From Thalia democratica (lineage: Eukaryota): a DNA stretch of 64,000 nucleotides. Shown piece by piece: positions 47,951-62,329 of the stretch; position 1 is the stretch's first letter; each line of letters begins with the position of its first letter. Where the stretch lies: assembly GCA_965202585.1 (NCBI GenBank), contig OZ241826.1, positions 27,280,001-27,344,000 of the forward strand. The letters are read 5' to 3'. Below the pieces are notes generated by a model. It was not told the DNA's origin. It was given only the letters and a program-made list of their open reading frames with translations, and did no database searches. A program made the position numbers and the translations under genes.

Positions 47951-50900
47951 CAGGGGTCGGCAGGCAGTTGATGGTCGCGGGCCAAATTACAAGTTTCAAA
48001 AGTCTTCGCGGGCCGCAGTTTTAGTTTTAGTGACATTTGAATAATCTTTTGGTGTTAGTTTTAGTCACACTAGAGAAAAGTTTTACTTTTATTCACCCTA
48101 TTATTTTAAATGACTTTTAGCTATACATAGAATGCCTATTTAAGTTAATATTTATTAGATTATAATTTACAATGACTAATATACTTAACTGTTAATAAAC
48201 TATGTACTTCCATAAGCACTTAAAAAGTTAAACTTAATACTTTTGTAATTTTACTTACAACCTAACTCTCTATAAAAACCTCACTTGAAAGACAATTTAT
48301 GGGTTAGTTTTATACATTTGTTATATCATCAACACTTTTTTCATATTTTTAAGAATATTTACTTCAAAAAAAATTTTGCGAGTTAATAATTTACACTTAA
48401 TAAAAAATTTAGTAATTAGTTAACATACTAGAATTAAAACCTGTTTGTACTTTAAAAAGCTAAAATAAATGATTTAACATAATTAACTCTCAAGTACTTA
48501 AATAAAATATCTTATTAGTGATTATACTTTTACATGGTTGCCTGTTAAAAAGCAAAAATGTCTGAGTTGTATCAAACCAGCTTGAGTTTATTAAAATTTG
48601 AAAAAGCTAATAAATAGTTGTTAATCAAGCTTAAATACCTATTTAAAATATCATCATTATCAGAAAGTACACAAATTGTAAGAAAACAAGAAAAAAATAC
48701 AATTAGTAAACTACACTACAGTCATAAAAACTATTTTTAGAATTGGAAGATCTTTTTAAAGTGTTTGAAATAAAAGCTTCACAGACACCTGAGTTTTCAA
48801 GCTTTTAAAATAGCCTGTTTGTGTAGCAAGCAACCCAGTTAATACAAAGTTCACTACATAAAGAAACAACGAAGGTTATTACCAATAAAAAAATTACGTG
48901 CGAAAAAATATAAGTCAGCTGGAATGGACCATAAAGTTTCTTAAACAAATTTAAAAAAAATATAAAATTTTATTGAGTCATTAGCGAAATAGAAAAACTT
49001 ATTTTTTATTAAGCATGATAGCAATTCTTTATCTGCAATAAGAATATTGCATTTCAAAATAGTAATTGTAAAATATAAGACGAGCAACAAGAATAAAAAA
49101 ACGCTAGTTAGGAGTTCTTGCGAGAAACGATAAAACAAAACAAATCACCAAAGTCATTTCCAACAAAGCACACCATTATATTCAGTAAATATCTTCAGTA
49201 ACCACAGAATGATCAGAAAAAAATGTAAAGGCAAGTAATAAAGTAGCAAAGTTTATTACTTAAAGTGAGTTACCGTTTATAATTGAAAACTTTTATAAGG
49301 AATTTATGTTGGCGGTAATGAAAAACTTTTGTTTATTTCTTCAATGACAACATGAAATCGTGTTTAGGAAATGCATTAAAGTTATAAAGACGCATAAATC
49401 AAATTAGGATTTTAATCATTCTGTTAACATGAGAGCACTGATAAAAAAACTTTTGCTCATCTGAGAATTTTTTATTAGAGATGTTTTTAATAACTTTGAC
49501 ATTTTAGTAGAACTTCATGGTTTAGTTCCAACGCGAAGCACAACAATCGGTAAAACTTTTCAAGTAAAGGTGCAATGCACCAATACAAAGTTTTTGGAAC
49601 TACAACTCCTTCTTTTATTTTAAGTGTAAAGTTCAATTAAAATTTAAGAAAAAATTTAAAAAATTTATCAATTTAAAAAAAAACTGTTAGAAAAGAATTT
49701 TAATAAAAAAACATTTATTTAGTAATTTTTTTTGAGTCAAATCGAAATTTCATTAATTTTCATGTAAAAATTGTTTGAAGTTCCAGGTTTTTTCAAAAAT
49801 TCTCAAATTCAAGTTTTTTTTTAGAATTTATAACCTTAGATTTACAAAATAAAAACTTTTCCGGGATTCAAGTTTTTTGGCAACACTGATTGTTCATACA
49901 TAAATGTACACAATAGTATAAATGATATTTTGAATTATATCAGCTGCAAGACTTAAAATTTAACATATAATATAAATCAAACTAACACTGTGGATTGAGC
50001 AAAACATACATAATATGTTTAATTTGCCACTCGTTCAAGCAAATAAGTCAGCCTGAGTCAACAAAAACATTCCTGATATTTTTGTATACAAAAAGCAATT
50101 CTAGCTAAAAACTTAAAAAATGGCTTAGTTGGCCTGAGATTTGAAGTCTTCAAATAGTGATAGTCTGAGTGTGTGGCAATGTTTAGTTGTTTATTTGCTT
50201 GAATTTGAACTATTTTGATTAACGTGTACAAACTTAATTAATTTACCATCCCTATATCTGGTTTAAATTAAATAGGTAGCTTCAAAAAACAGCAGTTGTG
50301 TGTATTAATATGCAAGGCATTAAAATTAATTTAGCTTGACAAAAACAATTTTTAAAAATGAAAATGTATACCTAACTAAAACCATATTAATTTATGAAAT
50401 ATATATTGTTTCAAATGTGTCTGTACAAACTTAGATACTACATGTAGAAACAAAAATGTTAGAAAATTATGCATAAACTAAACTGAAACTACCTAAAGTA
50501 TTAAATAAAAAGTGGTTGAACATATGAGCATTTTTTATAAGTTGGTGTGCACAGAAAACTTCTAAAAAATTAAAATATGTCAAAACAAAAATCAAATAAA
50601 ACTTATTTCTTATTTCTATGTTATTTTTAATGTTTTCACGCTAAAATATAACATTTAAAAATAAAAAAGTTATAAAAGAAACTTAGGCATAAAAAATATT
50701 GAAAAAGAATATCTAAGCTATAAAGAAATGACACTTTAGTTAATTACTGTGCTTTACTTTCGTACAAAATATAAAACATTTGCATTTAGTTTATTTAATA
50801 AATAGGTATTATGTAACTAACTATTTAAATCCAAGCACTCTTTACACTCTTTTTTCAGATAATTACGTATTGTTATAAAAAAGGAGTTATTATGAAACTG

Positions 50901-51208
50901 AGAAACATATTCTGTTAGAAAGCTAATTTGTCTTTTTCACATTTTTAGAACAAAGCAGTAATATCTTGTAACTATTTTAGAATGTTATACAGAGACTTAA
51001 AACCAAACTAATCAAATTAAGTCGAATTACCGATAAAAATTTGACTAAAAATATAATTTTGCTCAGCGGGCCACATTTACATGCTCGCGGGCCACAAAAT
51101 TTTCTTCCGCGGGCCGCATTCCATTCAAAAAAATAACGTGCTCGCGGGCCGCAGATTTACCCTTCGCGGGCCGCAATTGGCCCGCGGGCCGCAGTTTGCC
51201 GACCCCTG
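47951..51208 (+). mobile_element. 3.26-kb defective hAT (Buster/SPIN-like) transposon
   Basis: 12-bp TIR CAGGGGTCGGCA; exact 8-bp TSD GTTTATAT (47943-47950, 51209-51216); GCGGGCC subterminal repeats (2 left, 6 right); empty paralogous site 62344-62351. Confidence 0.9.
48920..49600 (+). pseudogene. Possible highly decayed hAT transposase N-terminal remnant
   Basis: Short translatable patches LFFIKHDSN/FICNKNIA (zinc-finger-like) and FYKEFMLAVMKNFC; many stops and shifts. Confidence 0.3.
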
Positions 51209-54200
51209 GTTTATATGGTTAATTTATTTTAAACTAAGTACTCGGAGGCAAAGCGTTATCTGAAAATTTTTAAGTGTTCCTAAGTTTTGAAGTTGGTTGT
51301 AGAAATTTCTAGTCTAAAATTTATTATACTAATGTCTAACTTATATAATAAGTATTTTTCCCTTTGATATATAAAAACATTGATGGAATATTTTTTTTTA
51401 TTTAATGCGTTTGTTATAAGTTAAATGTGTGTATTTTATAGTTTAAAAAAATAGTTTTTTTTTTATGAAAATTCAAGCTAATTTATTTTTAAAATTGCAT
51501 TTTGGTTTTGATAAAAGAATATTTAATCAATTTTTTTCCAAAATTCAAGTACTAGTTTTTAAGATTTGATTTTTTTTAATCATAATTCTTTTAGATTTCA
51601 TATTTTTTTATTAAATATGATACCAAATAATTTAAATAAGAGTTAAATTTATAAAAGATCTTGGATTTACTACAGTAATAATTTTGTTTAAAACTCAGGA
51701 TAGTTTTTGGTTGACCAGATTGATTTTTGCTTTTAGGAAAACTTTTTTGCAAACCTGCAATACTTAATTTTTTATATTATGATAAATGAAAGTTTTTTAT
51801 ATAATTTGATACTTACTTTATTTCTTGAGATATTTTTCATAAAAGCTATAACAACTTAATTAAAGTAAAGCTACTCCTGACCTTTAACTTAAAAAGATAG
51901 CCTTAGTCTTTTAAGTAAATACAAAATTCAGACAACAAATTTTCTTTCTATACTAGAATTTTACATATAAGCTCTTAATAATTCATTTTAGACAAAAAGC
52001 ATCTTTTAAAAGATCATGTTGAATGGTCATGTACTTAAGATACTTTTCTTAAAAAACACAGATTCAGGAGTTGGCTTTACACAAACAAATACTACTCCTT
52101 TTTTTATATAAGGCAACTTATAACTTAATAATTGTTAATTAACGTTTCCTTAATTTTTTTTTATGTTTAAAATTTAAACTCTTTCATTTAGATATAATTT
52201 TGTTTTTAAATCCAAAACTCAGTTAGTAAGTAAACATACCCTTACTGTAATAAGTTTATATTAAATTTATAAGGTTCTTGTTGGTTTTGAGAAACATATT
52301 TAATTTGGTGGTTGGACGTAAATATAAACTGTTAGTTTTAACTAACAAAATCAACAAATGACGATAGATAAATCAACGGCAAAATTAAAAGTAGACATTT
52401 AAGACATAAAATTCAGTATATAAAAGTATTCGAAACTTAATTTAATTACAATAAGTACTATTTTTTCATAAAAAATCTAAAGTAAACTAAGATAATAAAA
52501 CTACTAATAGTATTATTTTCTATTAAACAGAGAAGTGGTTCCCAATGTCTCAAATAGCTAACAAATTAATTAATATTAAATTCCTTAAGTCTCAAATTGA
52601 TAAGAAATTAATAAATAATAAAACAATTATAATGCGATTCGAACTATATTTTTCATACAAGATCTTTAGAAACGGACTTTTCTACCTAGGTTCAACAACA
52701 AATGAAGTTACAAATTGCTAGCCTACAAGGTAGTAAATTATAGACTGAGGTACCGCTATGTTAAAAAATTGAAATATTCAAACTAATATACAATTCAAAC
52801 TAATAATAACTTGTGTGAAAACAAAAACTGCGTGTCGATTCTGTTAAGTTTAGTTTTAAAATTATGTTATCTATAAATTGAAATTTGAGTTACTAATACT
52901 AAGCAGAACCAATCCCATAAAAAAAAGATGAAAAAAATGTATATTTAATTAAGTATTTTTGACTAGCGAGTTTATCTTTTTTATGTTTAACGATATCAAT
53001 AAAGTCATTATAACCGATACACCACCTAGAAACGTTTATTATTTTATAATTAGAAAAATAGCTTTAACGAAATTCTTTATTAATATGAAGCATTAAAATG
53101 CTTTATAACATATTTTTTTACTTTCCTCCGTTGTGTAAACATTTTTTACGTTTAGTCAGAAAAGTTTTAGTAATTCAGAGATTAGTTAGAAAAACTGATA
53201 TAGTTATTCAGCTATAACAAATTCGCAGAGCTTTCAAAACTACAACGTAAATAAATTAAAAATAATATGAAGTAACACAATGATTTCCATTTAAAAACTT
53301 TAAAAAACTTTAATATTTTGAAGTTTGATACCCGAAGTACTCAGAAAAATTAAATTTGATTTTAGTTTAATTGAACTTATTATATGCATACATTATTACG
53401 TTAAATGTTACAATTTTGTTACATTTTCTTACTTAATTAGAGGTGTAATTTATCTAGTGTATTTAAACGTGTTCTTATAAAAACAAATCCTTATCAACTT
53501 TTAGTAATTTTAACCATTGTTAATCTTTAAGACCGTGTACAAATAAAATTTTGAATATTTATTTGTGTTTAAAAAATATTTACAAAAACAGCAGTAATTA
53601 CCAAAATAAACATACACTATAAGTAATAACAATTTAGCACTTTTTAGGTACCATGTACAAGCATAAAAAATAAATTAGCTTTAGTCATTATTAACATAAC
53701 ATAAATGCTAGTTGACATAGGTTCTTTTCAAAAGCTGACAATATTAGTATTACGTGCAACGCAATTTTGCTTGAAATTACCCTGAAAAACGTTTGTTGTT
53801 AAAAAGGGAAGATTTTTGTGTCTTTTACTATTTAGGGTATTACAAATATTATAAATTCTGTATTAAAAAGTTTATACAGTTTAAATCGAAAACTAGCCTG
53901 ATTTATCTTATAATTGGATTAGTTTCCTTTACAAAACTAATCGTATGCATATTGACACTTCTAAGACAACTCATATATATATACACGAGCTATTACTAAC
54001 AAAATTAAATTAAAAGAGGCGTTTTAGTATTTCGATAGAAATACAACCTCCAAGCAATGTTAAAACTCATCACGGGTGTTATTTAATAAGACTAATGAGA
54101 CTTGGCGAACTTGTCAGATAAAAACTTTTTATTAAAATATTTGAGCTTGTATCACCGCACACGAAAGTCCAGGCGTAGGATGTGTAGACTTTCGCTACTG

Positions 54201-54545
54201 TTTTTGTTGATCGCCTCAACTATAGAAAGACAGCAGTGCGAATTTTTTTCGCCCAAATCTACTGAGAGCTAAAATTAGTCAAGTAAGCCGATTGGTGTAA
54301 TGATAAACCTATAATAAGTTTCAAAAACTTGTTTATTGAGAAGTAAAATAACGATTTTATCTTTTTGAAACAAACCTGTGATTTTAATTAGATATCATGC
54401 TAGTTACCATTCTAAATATTTATTTGTTTAAAAAACTGTATAAAAAAGTGTATGGGATTTTCCGTAATAGTAAAAAATAGTAACTTTTATGTGTTTAAAT
54501 GAAAGTGCTATTGTTTAAAATATAAAAAGATAATTTATTTGAAGT

Positions 54546-56275
54546 CTATTGAACGCTGAAAACAACTAAATAAGCCGGAATGAGGCCGATTGGACGTTTC
54601 ATGATTTGCATTCTGGTTCTAAAACAGCACCCTCTGGTGTCGGAGTTGGGAAAAGTTTCCCCATCCACGCCTTTGCCGTCGCTCACCACGAAGACAAACG
54701 ACAGCTTTTCGACTTGTCCTTTCGTGACGCAGTGGCTTGTTCCTTTCGAAAGTTGCCAGTCCAAGCTGGTGGACGCGTAGCAGGAGCAGCGACCAGTTCT
54801 ACACTCGCACTGATCCAAAAAATCTTCGTGTTTCGCCGGGTATCCTCTCACCAGAACATTCACCACCTTGTCTGCCTTGACTCCTTGCAGGTAAAGCAAT
54901 CCTCCGCGTATCTGTTCATATACGTCGACTGGGTTGATCCTGAAAATTTGCAGGATTGCCGCTTTCGGGCTCATTTCGGTCATATACCCGTGCACAAACT
55001 GGTGATCTTGATCTGAAGTTTGCAGCAGCTCCGCTTTGTACTTGGCGTAATCGTTAGTTTCCGAGATGCTGCTCGTTTCAAACGACAATTACCGCATGAA
55101 AGAGTTCACTTTGCGTTCAAACTGATGCTTTGTATATTCTACTTTTGCCCGCTGATTGGCGCGTATTTCTTTTTCAAACTCGGCAACAAAGGTGTTCATA
55201 GAGCAGTCTTCGGAATTGACAGGACTGTTTTCGGTCAACGTGTCTTTTGGCGAATCTGAAATTGGCAGGTATTTCGAAAAATTGGTCAGGCATAGTTCGC
55301 TGTACAAAATGTGTTTCGCAAGCTCGCGTGCGCTTTGTTTTATTTCGATTTCTATCAGGTACGCTAGAGTTACTAGGTCATGGTGAGCCACGGCTATTTT
55401 TTTTCGTCACTTACAACTTGAAACGTGCCCGAAAGAATTTTGTTTCCGTCGCTGTCGAACTTGCTAGCTGAAGAATCTTGGAATTCAACTTGTTTGTCGG
55501 AATATAATTTTCCATCGTAAACTTTTAAAACGGGCTCGTAACTAAAACTGGAGTCATGACTTTGATACGACGATTTTATAAACGCAGTTGAAGTTGTCTT
55601 CTTACCGAATAAGTTTTCACGATTTCTAACAGACTGGTCATCTTTACACTCTCCACAAAGACAACCTGAACTTGTCAGCTTATCTTTCACTTTGCTAACA
55701 AACAAGTACGTCAAGTCTTTTGCGTTCCCATCGTCTTCCGCGTAGTTTTGACCGTAAAGTTGAGCAACTTCAAAGCTGTTTGTCAAATAAATGCCGGGAC
55801 CCAGTCTACCGGAAGACGAAGGTCTCAGTCCTTCTTTCAAGATTCCCTCGACGTTGCTCCTTTTGGTGCCGTGCAGAAGCAGCAAGCTCGGACATCTGCA
55901 TCGTTCCACATTTGATTTGATCCTGTGAATCCTGATAGCGACGTTTTTGTTCGAGTACTTTTTCAATTTGTTCATTTCACCGCTCAAACCGAGCGATCCT
56001 CTCAACAAAACGTTATCCGGATCGTCGTTTTCCAACAACTGAATTTCGTGCTTGGAATCATTGGAAAGAGAACTTCTTAAAGCCGAATTGTTGCATTTAA
56101 ATAACTCCACAACTTCTTCAACCAATTCTTCTTTTTCCGCTTCGAATAGTTTGCCTATTTTTGCGATTTCAGTTTTCGTCTTTTGCTTTTCTTCTTTGCA
56201 AAGATGGCGCAAATAGTTCTGAGGACCAGGAAACAGTGAGATTGTCTGATTTAAATAATCTTTGTTTGAGTACAT
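54546..56275 (-). pseudogene. Paralog of the tandem-ART gene with one frameshift and one nonsense codon
   Basis: ORFs 55394-56275, 55089-55391 and 54546-55088 align end to end with the 571-aa protein; one A is missing in an A8 run at 55397-55404; TAA at 55089-55091 replaces the paralog's CAA (Gln); same terminal ...SVQ-TAG. Confidence 0.88.
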
Positions 56276-59200
56276 GATATATTTACTAAATAATCTATAA
56301 AAATTCTAAATTTAAAAAATAAATCATTTCTTTTTCTTAAATTGAATGATTAAAACTATTTAAATTCAGTCAAAGTATTTTAAAATAAAGTATATTGGTT
56401 TATCGCAGATTTTTTAACCAAGTAAGTAGTTATTGTTCAGACAATGCTATCCATGCATATTTTTTGTATATTTTTGTTATTGAACAATAAAAAAAGGCTC
56501 AAAAGGTTTGATCTAAGGAACTAATGTAATTAAAAGCCTTCCGGTTATCGAGTCGTACACCATATGCTTTTAAAATTATTTCTGAGCAACAAATGTTAAA
56601 TATTTTTAATTTAAACTTTTAAACCTTTATAAATAAAACAATAAATATAATGAATATTAAAAAAAGAAAGGAAAGTTAAGTTAGTTTTAAGTTTACTTAA
56701 AATATTTTCATTCACGATGTACTCAAAAACTTATCTAACAACAAAAAACTTCAATACAGTTTAAGCTTAAACCTCAAAAAAAAATTAGAAGAGTATATTT
56801 AGAACATTACAATTTAAATATTAATCTAAAATAAATTGATAAAACGAAATAAACAGTATTTATAGCAAACACGGAAATAATTAGAAAAGTGGTCACACTA
56901 ACTTTATTGTAATACTCTTAAAGAATTTTAGTTGGAGTATTATCAGTATTTTAGCTAGAAATTACCTTTCTTTTTTGATTTGATAATTAGATTAAAACAC
57001 TTAAAATAGTTTATATTTGTCTCGTCCTGGACAAGACGTTCAAATGTATCCGTGGAGTGCGATTCCATAACCGAAAGGTTTTTTGTGCACCAGGTCCTAA
57101 GACCAAAAATCGTAAGGGGTTTTACTTATTGTTTAATAAACGATATTTATTTGAATAAAAAAAAATATACCTTTTTAAAAAAGTTAAACCAACCATATAT
57201 ATAATGTTTATTGTACGACAAATGTTAGGTCCTAAGACCTTGTGCACAAAATAATTTCTTGGTTCATAAACTTAATTTAGTCTTTATAGATTAAAAAATA
57301 AAAATAAATACTGTAGCATCAGACACTACGCATTTAAGGAAAAAATAAAAATCCTCCGGTTAAAAATAATTTTTAAGCCTAAAAATGTACTTAAAAGAAG
57401 CAGAAACTATTTGAAGACATATAAAGTAAAAGTATAAACTTTTATGTTTTTTAAGAAAATAGATTAACTTATTATAAATTTTCGTTAACAATACTTTCAG
57501 CTTACAATCTATTTGTTAAATTAACTCACTGTTAGAAGGTACATCTGTAACTTAGTAACCTCTAACACAAAGTTTTTACATGAGAATACTAAAAAAATAA
57601 ATAAATAGAAGGTTCTTAATATTCTGAAGTTATTTCAAAGTAGTATTTCTAACCAATTATGTTAAGAATAACCAAATAGAAAATGCTGCAGCTAAGACTT
57701 AACTACTGCTATTTTAACAAAATAAATAAAATTTTATTTGACAAGTATTAATAACTTCTTAAACAATAGTAAATCGACGAGTAGCAATAATCACTTATGA
57801 TCCAGTAGCCTACAAGGAGTTGTATGTATGGTTTTAGTGTGTTATAGGGTTGCCACAGATCAAGCTGAGAAAAATTTCCTGACTTTTCTAAATCAAATTT
57901 TAATTTAAACTTATTCGAAAATACATAATCTTTATGTCTTATTTTCATAATCTAACACTTTAAACTATATGAAGCTTTTAATCTTATTTTGATACTTGTA
58001 AAAACAACAGTTTTTTTTGACCAATTCAATCATCAAAATTCCATTACACGACTTGAACCATCTGTGTATGATCGATGTGTTCGAATAAACAGCCCTATCA
58101 CCAATATACTTGTGTTATTATCTTAAAAACACAGCATGTCTGAAAAAAGACACAATCTTTTAAGCTTTTTATAACATATATAATTAAGTAACAGTAAAAA
58201 AAAAATTCAAATTTTATATCTGTTGGATAAATATTTCCTTTTATCAGTTAGCATTTAGTTTTTAAGAAAAAAAATCTACTTTTTTTATATTAAAAACTTA
58301 AGTTATTCTTAAAAAAATACAAATATGTAAACTGAATTTTGGCGTATACCTCTCTTATAACTTATTTTACAAATTTAAACAACTTAAAAAAATATAAAGA
58401 GCTAAAGTATACACATTAAGTTATTACATAAAATACTAAATTAACTGCTTAATTATAAATAACTCAATTGTTTAATTGAAGAAAAAACGATTTGATTCTA
58501 ATATAATGCTATATTTACTTTTGTGTATATATCACAGTTTTACTTCAGAATTTTTCTTTGCTACAGATCATCAATATCAAAAAGCTTAAAAGAACTGCTT
58601 GTTCAGTTTGTTTAAAAGAAATTTCTGCAATTTTATAAAGGATATTTTATTTATTTCTACCAAATGAAGACAATGAAAACTAAATAATTTTCTTAAGTTC
58701 TAAAAAATTTTGCAAGTTTTTTCTGTATTTGAAGGATTCAAATTATTATTTAACCATATGAAGGCTTTGTAAAATAAAGAATTTTGTAAATTTAACCTGA
58801 CAAAATCTGACTTTTTTTACTATTTTTGTTAATTTTCCTGTCTATTTTTTAAGACCCCCTATTTTTTGGGGGTCTTTTTTGTTTTTCCTAATTTCTTGAC
58901 CTTAAAGCAACCCTGTCAAAAGCTTTTCAAGGTTTTCAAAATTTACTCCAAGTTTGTAATAGTACAAATTTTGGGTCTATTATTAGTTTAAAGTTAAGTT
59001 TAAGGTAAGAAACTGTTTTAAATAATATAAAAATATTGATAATATAATGTAGAGCTAATTTAAATGTATTTCTAAACACAAAAAAAATCTTGATGATGAT
59101 AGAAATCTTTTTATCTTTTTGATAAATTTTTTGAGTCAAATTGAAACTTTGCTACTTTGTTATGATAAAATTGTAAAAATTCCACATATTTTCAGTGATT

Positions 59201-59760
59201 ATTGTTCAAAATTCCAGGTTTATTTCAAAATTTCTCAAATTCAAGGTTTCCAGGTAAAACGGCAACCCTGACTTACACCGTAACTAAAGTATATAGATAA
59301 CATCATTTACATAACTAAAACCTACAAAAAAATACCTAGGGCTACTCTAAATAAAATTAGGCATGTCATGAATGAACATATCTTTACAGTGAACAGAAAC
59401 AAACACTTACAAACAAGTATAAAAATTAACAACTTTAGAAAATAACTTTAAATGGAATAGAAGATATAACTTAAATCAAATCTATAACGATTATATCTAA
59501 AAGTGTATATATTAAATTGAAAACTATTTAATGTATAAAAAAAACAATAATATTTAATAAACAATTACTTTGATTAACTAAAGACAAATTTTTATTTCAA
59601 CAAAGTTTTGCAGCAGTAAGGGTGTCTATAATGATTTTCTTTATAACAAATTAATATTAAAATTATTGTATGACTATTGTATGCTAATGCAAACTTGCAT
59701 CAGTAAAACACGTGACCTTGCAAGCTTTCTCTTAAACGCTTGGATGAACAAGAGCTTTAA

Positions 59761-60445
59761 GGCCATAGGGGGGGTATACCATGTTTTTTACAAATTGATC
59801 TTATTTTATAGAGTTTTTTCTAAGCTTCAAGATGCTTTTTATTGTTTAAAAAAATTCAAATTATTTTTGAGATATGACCAGTCAAAGTTGAGCCGCATTA
59901 TAGGTTCCCTATGGGAAGGGAAAACTAAAACAGCAAAAAAAGACTATTTCATTTAAAATCTATCTACTCCTACATTTTTCAAGCAATCTTCTTCAATATT
60001 TAACAGTCTAATCTTTATATTATAACAAAAAACGTTATTTCGGAATTAAAAAAAAGTTTTGTAAAAATATTTAAAAAAAAAAAAAAAATATTTTTTTATT
60101 TTTTTTGATTAATTTTTTTTTTTTTAAATTAATAAAATTCTAAAGTAACATTTTTTCCTTTTATTATAAGGAACATATCCTGAAAGTTTGAAGAAGATTG
60201 CTTGAAAAATGAAGGAAAAGATAGATTTTTAGTGAATTTTTAAATTTCCGAGAAAATTGACCCCGAAACATTTGCGGTCTATACGTTTATATTAGAAAAT
60301 ACTTAGAAAAAATTAAATATCTAAAAAGTTAAATGATATTTTTGAATTCTATAAAAACTGGCTTATAGGTTGTACTTCAAGCTTTCATATAAAAGCCAAA
60401 TTTAGTTTTAGTAAAAAAAAATGTTGGACCCACCCCCCTATAGCC
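59761..60445. mobile_element. 685-bp Kolobok-like non-autonomous element
   Basis: TIR GGC(C/T)ATAGGGGGG; TTAA on both sides (59757-59760, 60446-60449); GG...CC ends differ from piggyBac CC...GG; internal inverted repeat ~59955-59998/60188-60229; empty site 63551-63554. Confidence 0.8.
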
Positions 60446-62329
60446 TTAACCTGAAAACTAATCTGTAAATTTACACTGTTATCAAATGCAGTTTTATTTC
60501 CTCTTCCACTTCCTCTTCTAATTTTGAAAGAGAATCTTCACCCCACTTCATCTCTGCCTTTTTGTTGGAAAATATACATTACTCTTCATAAAAAAAAAGA
60601 AAAAAAAAATTACATAATAAAATATAACTTGGTCTCAATACTAATACTAATGTTGTTCAAAAATTTTTTACGTATACTAAATTTAAAAAATCAACTAATC
60701 TTAAATTCTGAAAAGTTTTTTATTTATAATATTAATAATTTTTTTTTGTTTTAACCAGAAACACTAATCTTTTCACTTAAACTTTTCATTTTAGTTTCAA
60801 AAATAATATCAAATATGTGTTACAACCTACTATAAAGATTGCACCATTTGAAACGGATAAGTTTAGAAAATACAAAGAAACACTTAAATGTCGTGCTAAT
60901 CCCTTTAGTAGTGACTTACTAAAAATTTCTATAATCTCAAGGTGTTACTGGTCTTTGCTGTCTTAATAATTAATAAGTATTGTTGTTTTTACTATGATAT
61001 TTAGATTTTAGTACTTTACTTAATCTAATATGACTCACTTTGACTTAAAGTTGGTCACCATTTTTTTGATATTACTTGTAACTTATATATTGTCAATACT
61101 CATGTTAATTGATTAGACTTCAACTTTGTGATTTCTATTTTAACTTTTTTATTTTGCAAGTTCTATAGTGACTTATGGTATAAAAGTATTTCAGTTCTTT
61201 TTTGATTCTGTTGACTTAAAATTCATCAGTTCTTTTTTGACTCTCCCTCTATTGTTTCTAGTTAAGGTCAAATTTTAAAAGGTTTTGAAAAACAGCAAAA
61301 GGAAAATGTAAGTGTTGCATCTTAAAAAAAAGATGTAAAATTTACTGCAAAATTTATCTAAATCAGGTTTTCCCGAATTTTTTGTCAAAATGCCCCCTGT
61401 TTTAGAAATTAAAAAACATGTGGCAATTTCTATCAATGTTTTTTTAAATACTAGCATCAAAAATGCCTTTTTTTGGTCATCATCTAAATTATCTAGGGTA
61501 GATTTCAATCCAAAGCCTTCGAGTCCAAAACTTTTTTTTTATAATATCTAGTATAAGTTTCGAAACTACCTTTAAAGTCGCCTAAGATTTTTTTTTACTT
61601 CTTCATAATTTAAATCCAAATTATCTAGTGTAAGTTTCAATTATTGCCTTGGAGCCCCTTTACTGCTTCTTAAAATATTTAAAATAAATGACCATTTAAC
61701 TTGATGTTCTAAAATTCATTTTTGTCTCTAAAGAAATATAATAGCAAAGATGTAAAATTCCAGTATATAAGGGTATTTGTTGACTGAATTTCATACTTAG
61801 ATAAAACACTAAGCATTTTTTTTAGATCAGAGTCAGAAATTGCTTTAATTTTATTAATCTTGCTTGAACGGACTTTATTTACTTTGGATAATAAGGTTGT
61901 CATAGTTTTTATTAAAAACATGTCAATAAATGAAGTAAGTATTTAATTATACAATTATAAACTTCTTTATCAAAATACAACAGATTTAAGTATTGCAGGT
62001 TGGCCACAAAGTTTGACTTTGAGAAAAAAAAATCAGCCTGGTCAACCCAAAAGTAGCCTGAGTTTTAAATATAATTCACACTGCAGTACATAGATCCAAG
62101 ATCTAAAATTAATGTAAATCTTATTTAAATCCATTGCTATCATAACAAATTAAATAAAAGACTAATATCTAAAAGAATAATAGTTCTTAAAATATTTAAA
62201 TCATAAAAGCCTGCATGAGAATTTTGGAAAAATTTAAACTAAATCAATTTTTTTCAATTACAAAAGCTATTCTAAAACAAATATAAGTTAAATAGAGTTT
62301 AATAAACTTTATAAAAAAAATAATTACTT

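Larger units (their letters stand above)
52900..61500 (-). repeat. Arm B of the large inverted duplication
   Basis: Reverse-complement colinearity with ~31350-40100; carries the second ART copy and an extra Kolobok-like insertion. Confidence 0.8.

Noticed and set aside
4041-55091. Single in-frame TAA codons in three unrelated ORFs (4041, 19611, 55089), hinting at TAA reassignment (e.g. to Gln)
   Set aside because: The intact 571-codon ART ORF has no internal TAA and the ~970-codon AT-rich MULE frame has only one. A sense TAA should be frequent in such DNA. Ordinary nonsense mutations explain all three.
17039-56016. Overlapping or antisense ORFs on GC-rich regions (e.g. 17175, 18569, 19439, 19850, 37068, 37277, 54606, 55020)
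   Set aside because: Shadow frames of gag/pol, the RPLP2 copy or the ART genes, with no recognisable motifs.
5296-61921. Many 60-100-aa ORFs in the track (e.g. 5296, 8955, 22606, 31315, 47208, 59666, 61275)
   Set aside because: They are K/F/I/L-rich frames in AT-rich repeats, often with non-ATG starts, and frames are not conserved between paralogous blocks.
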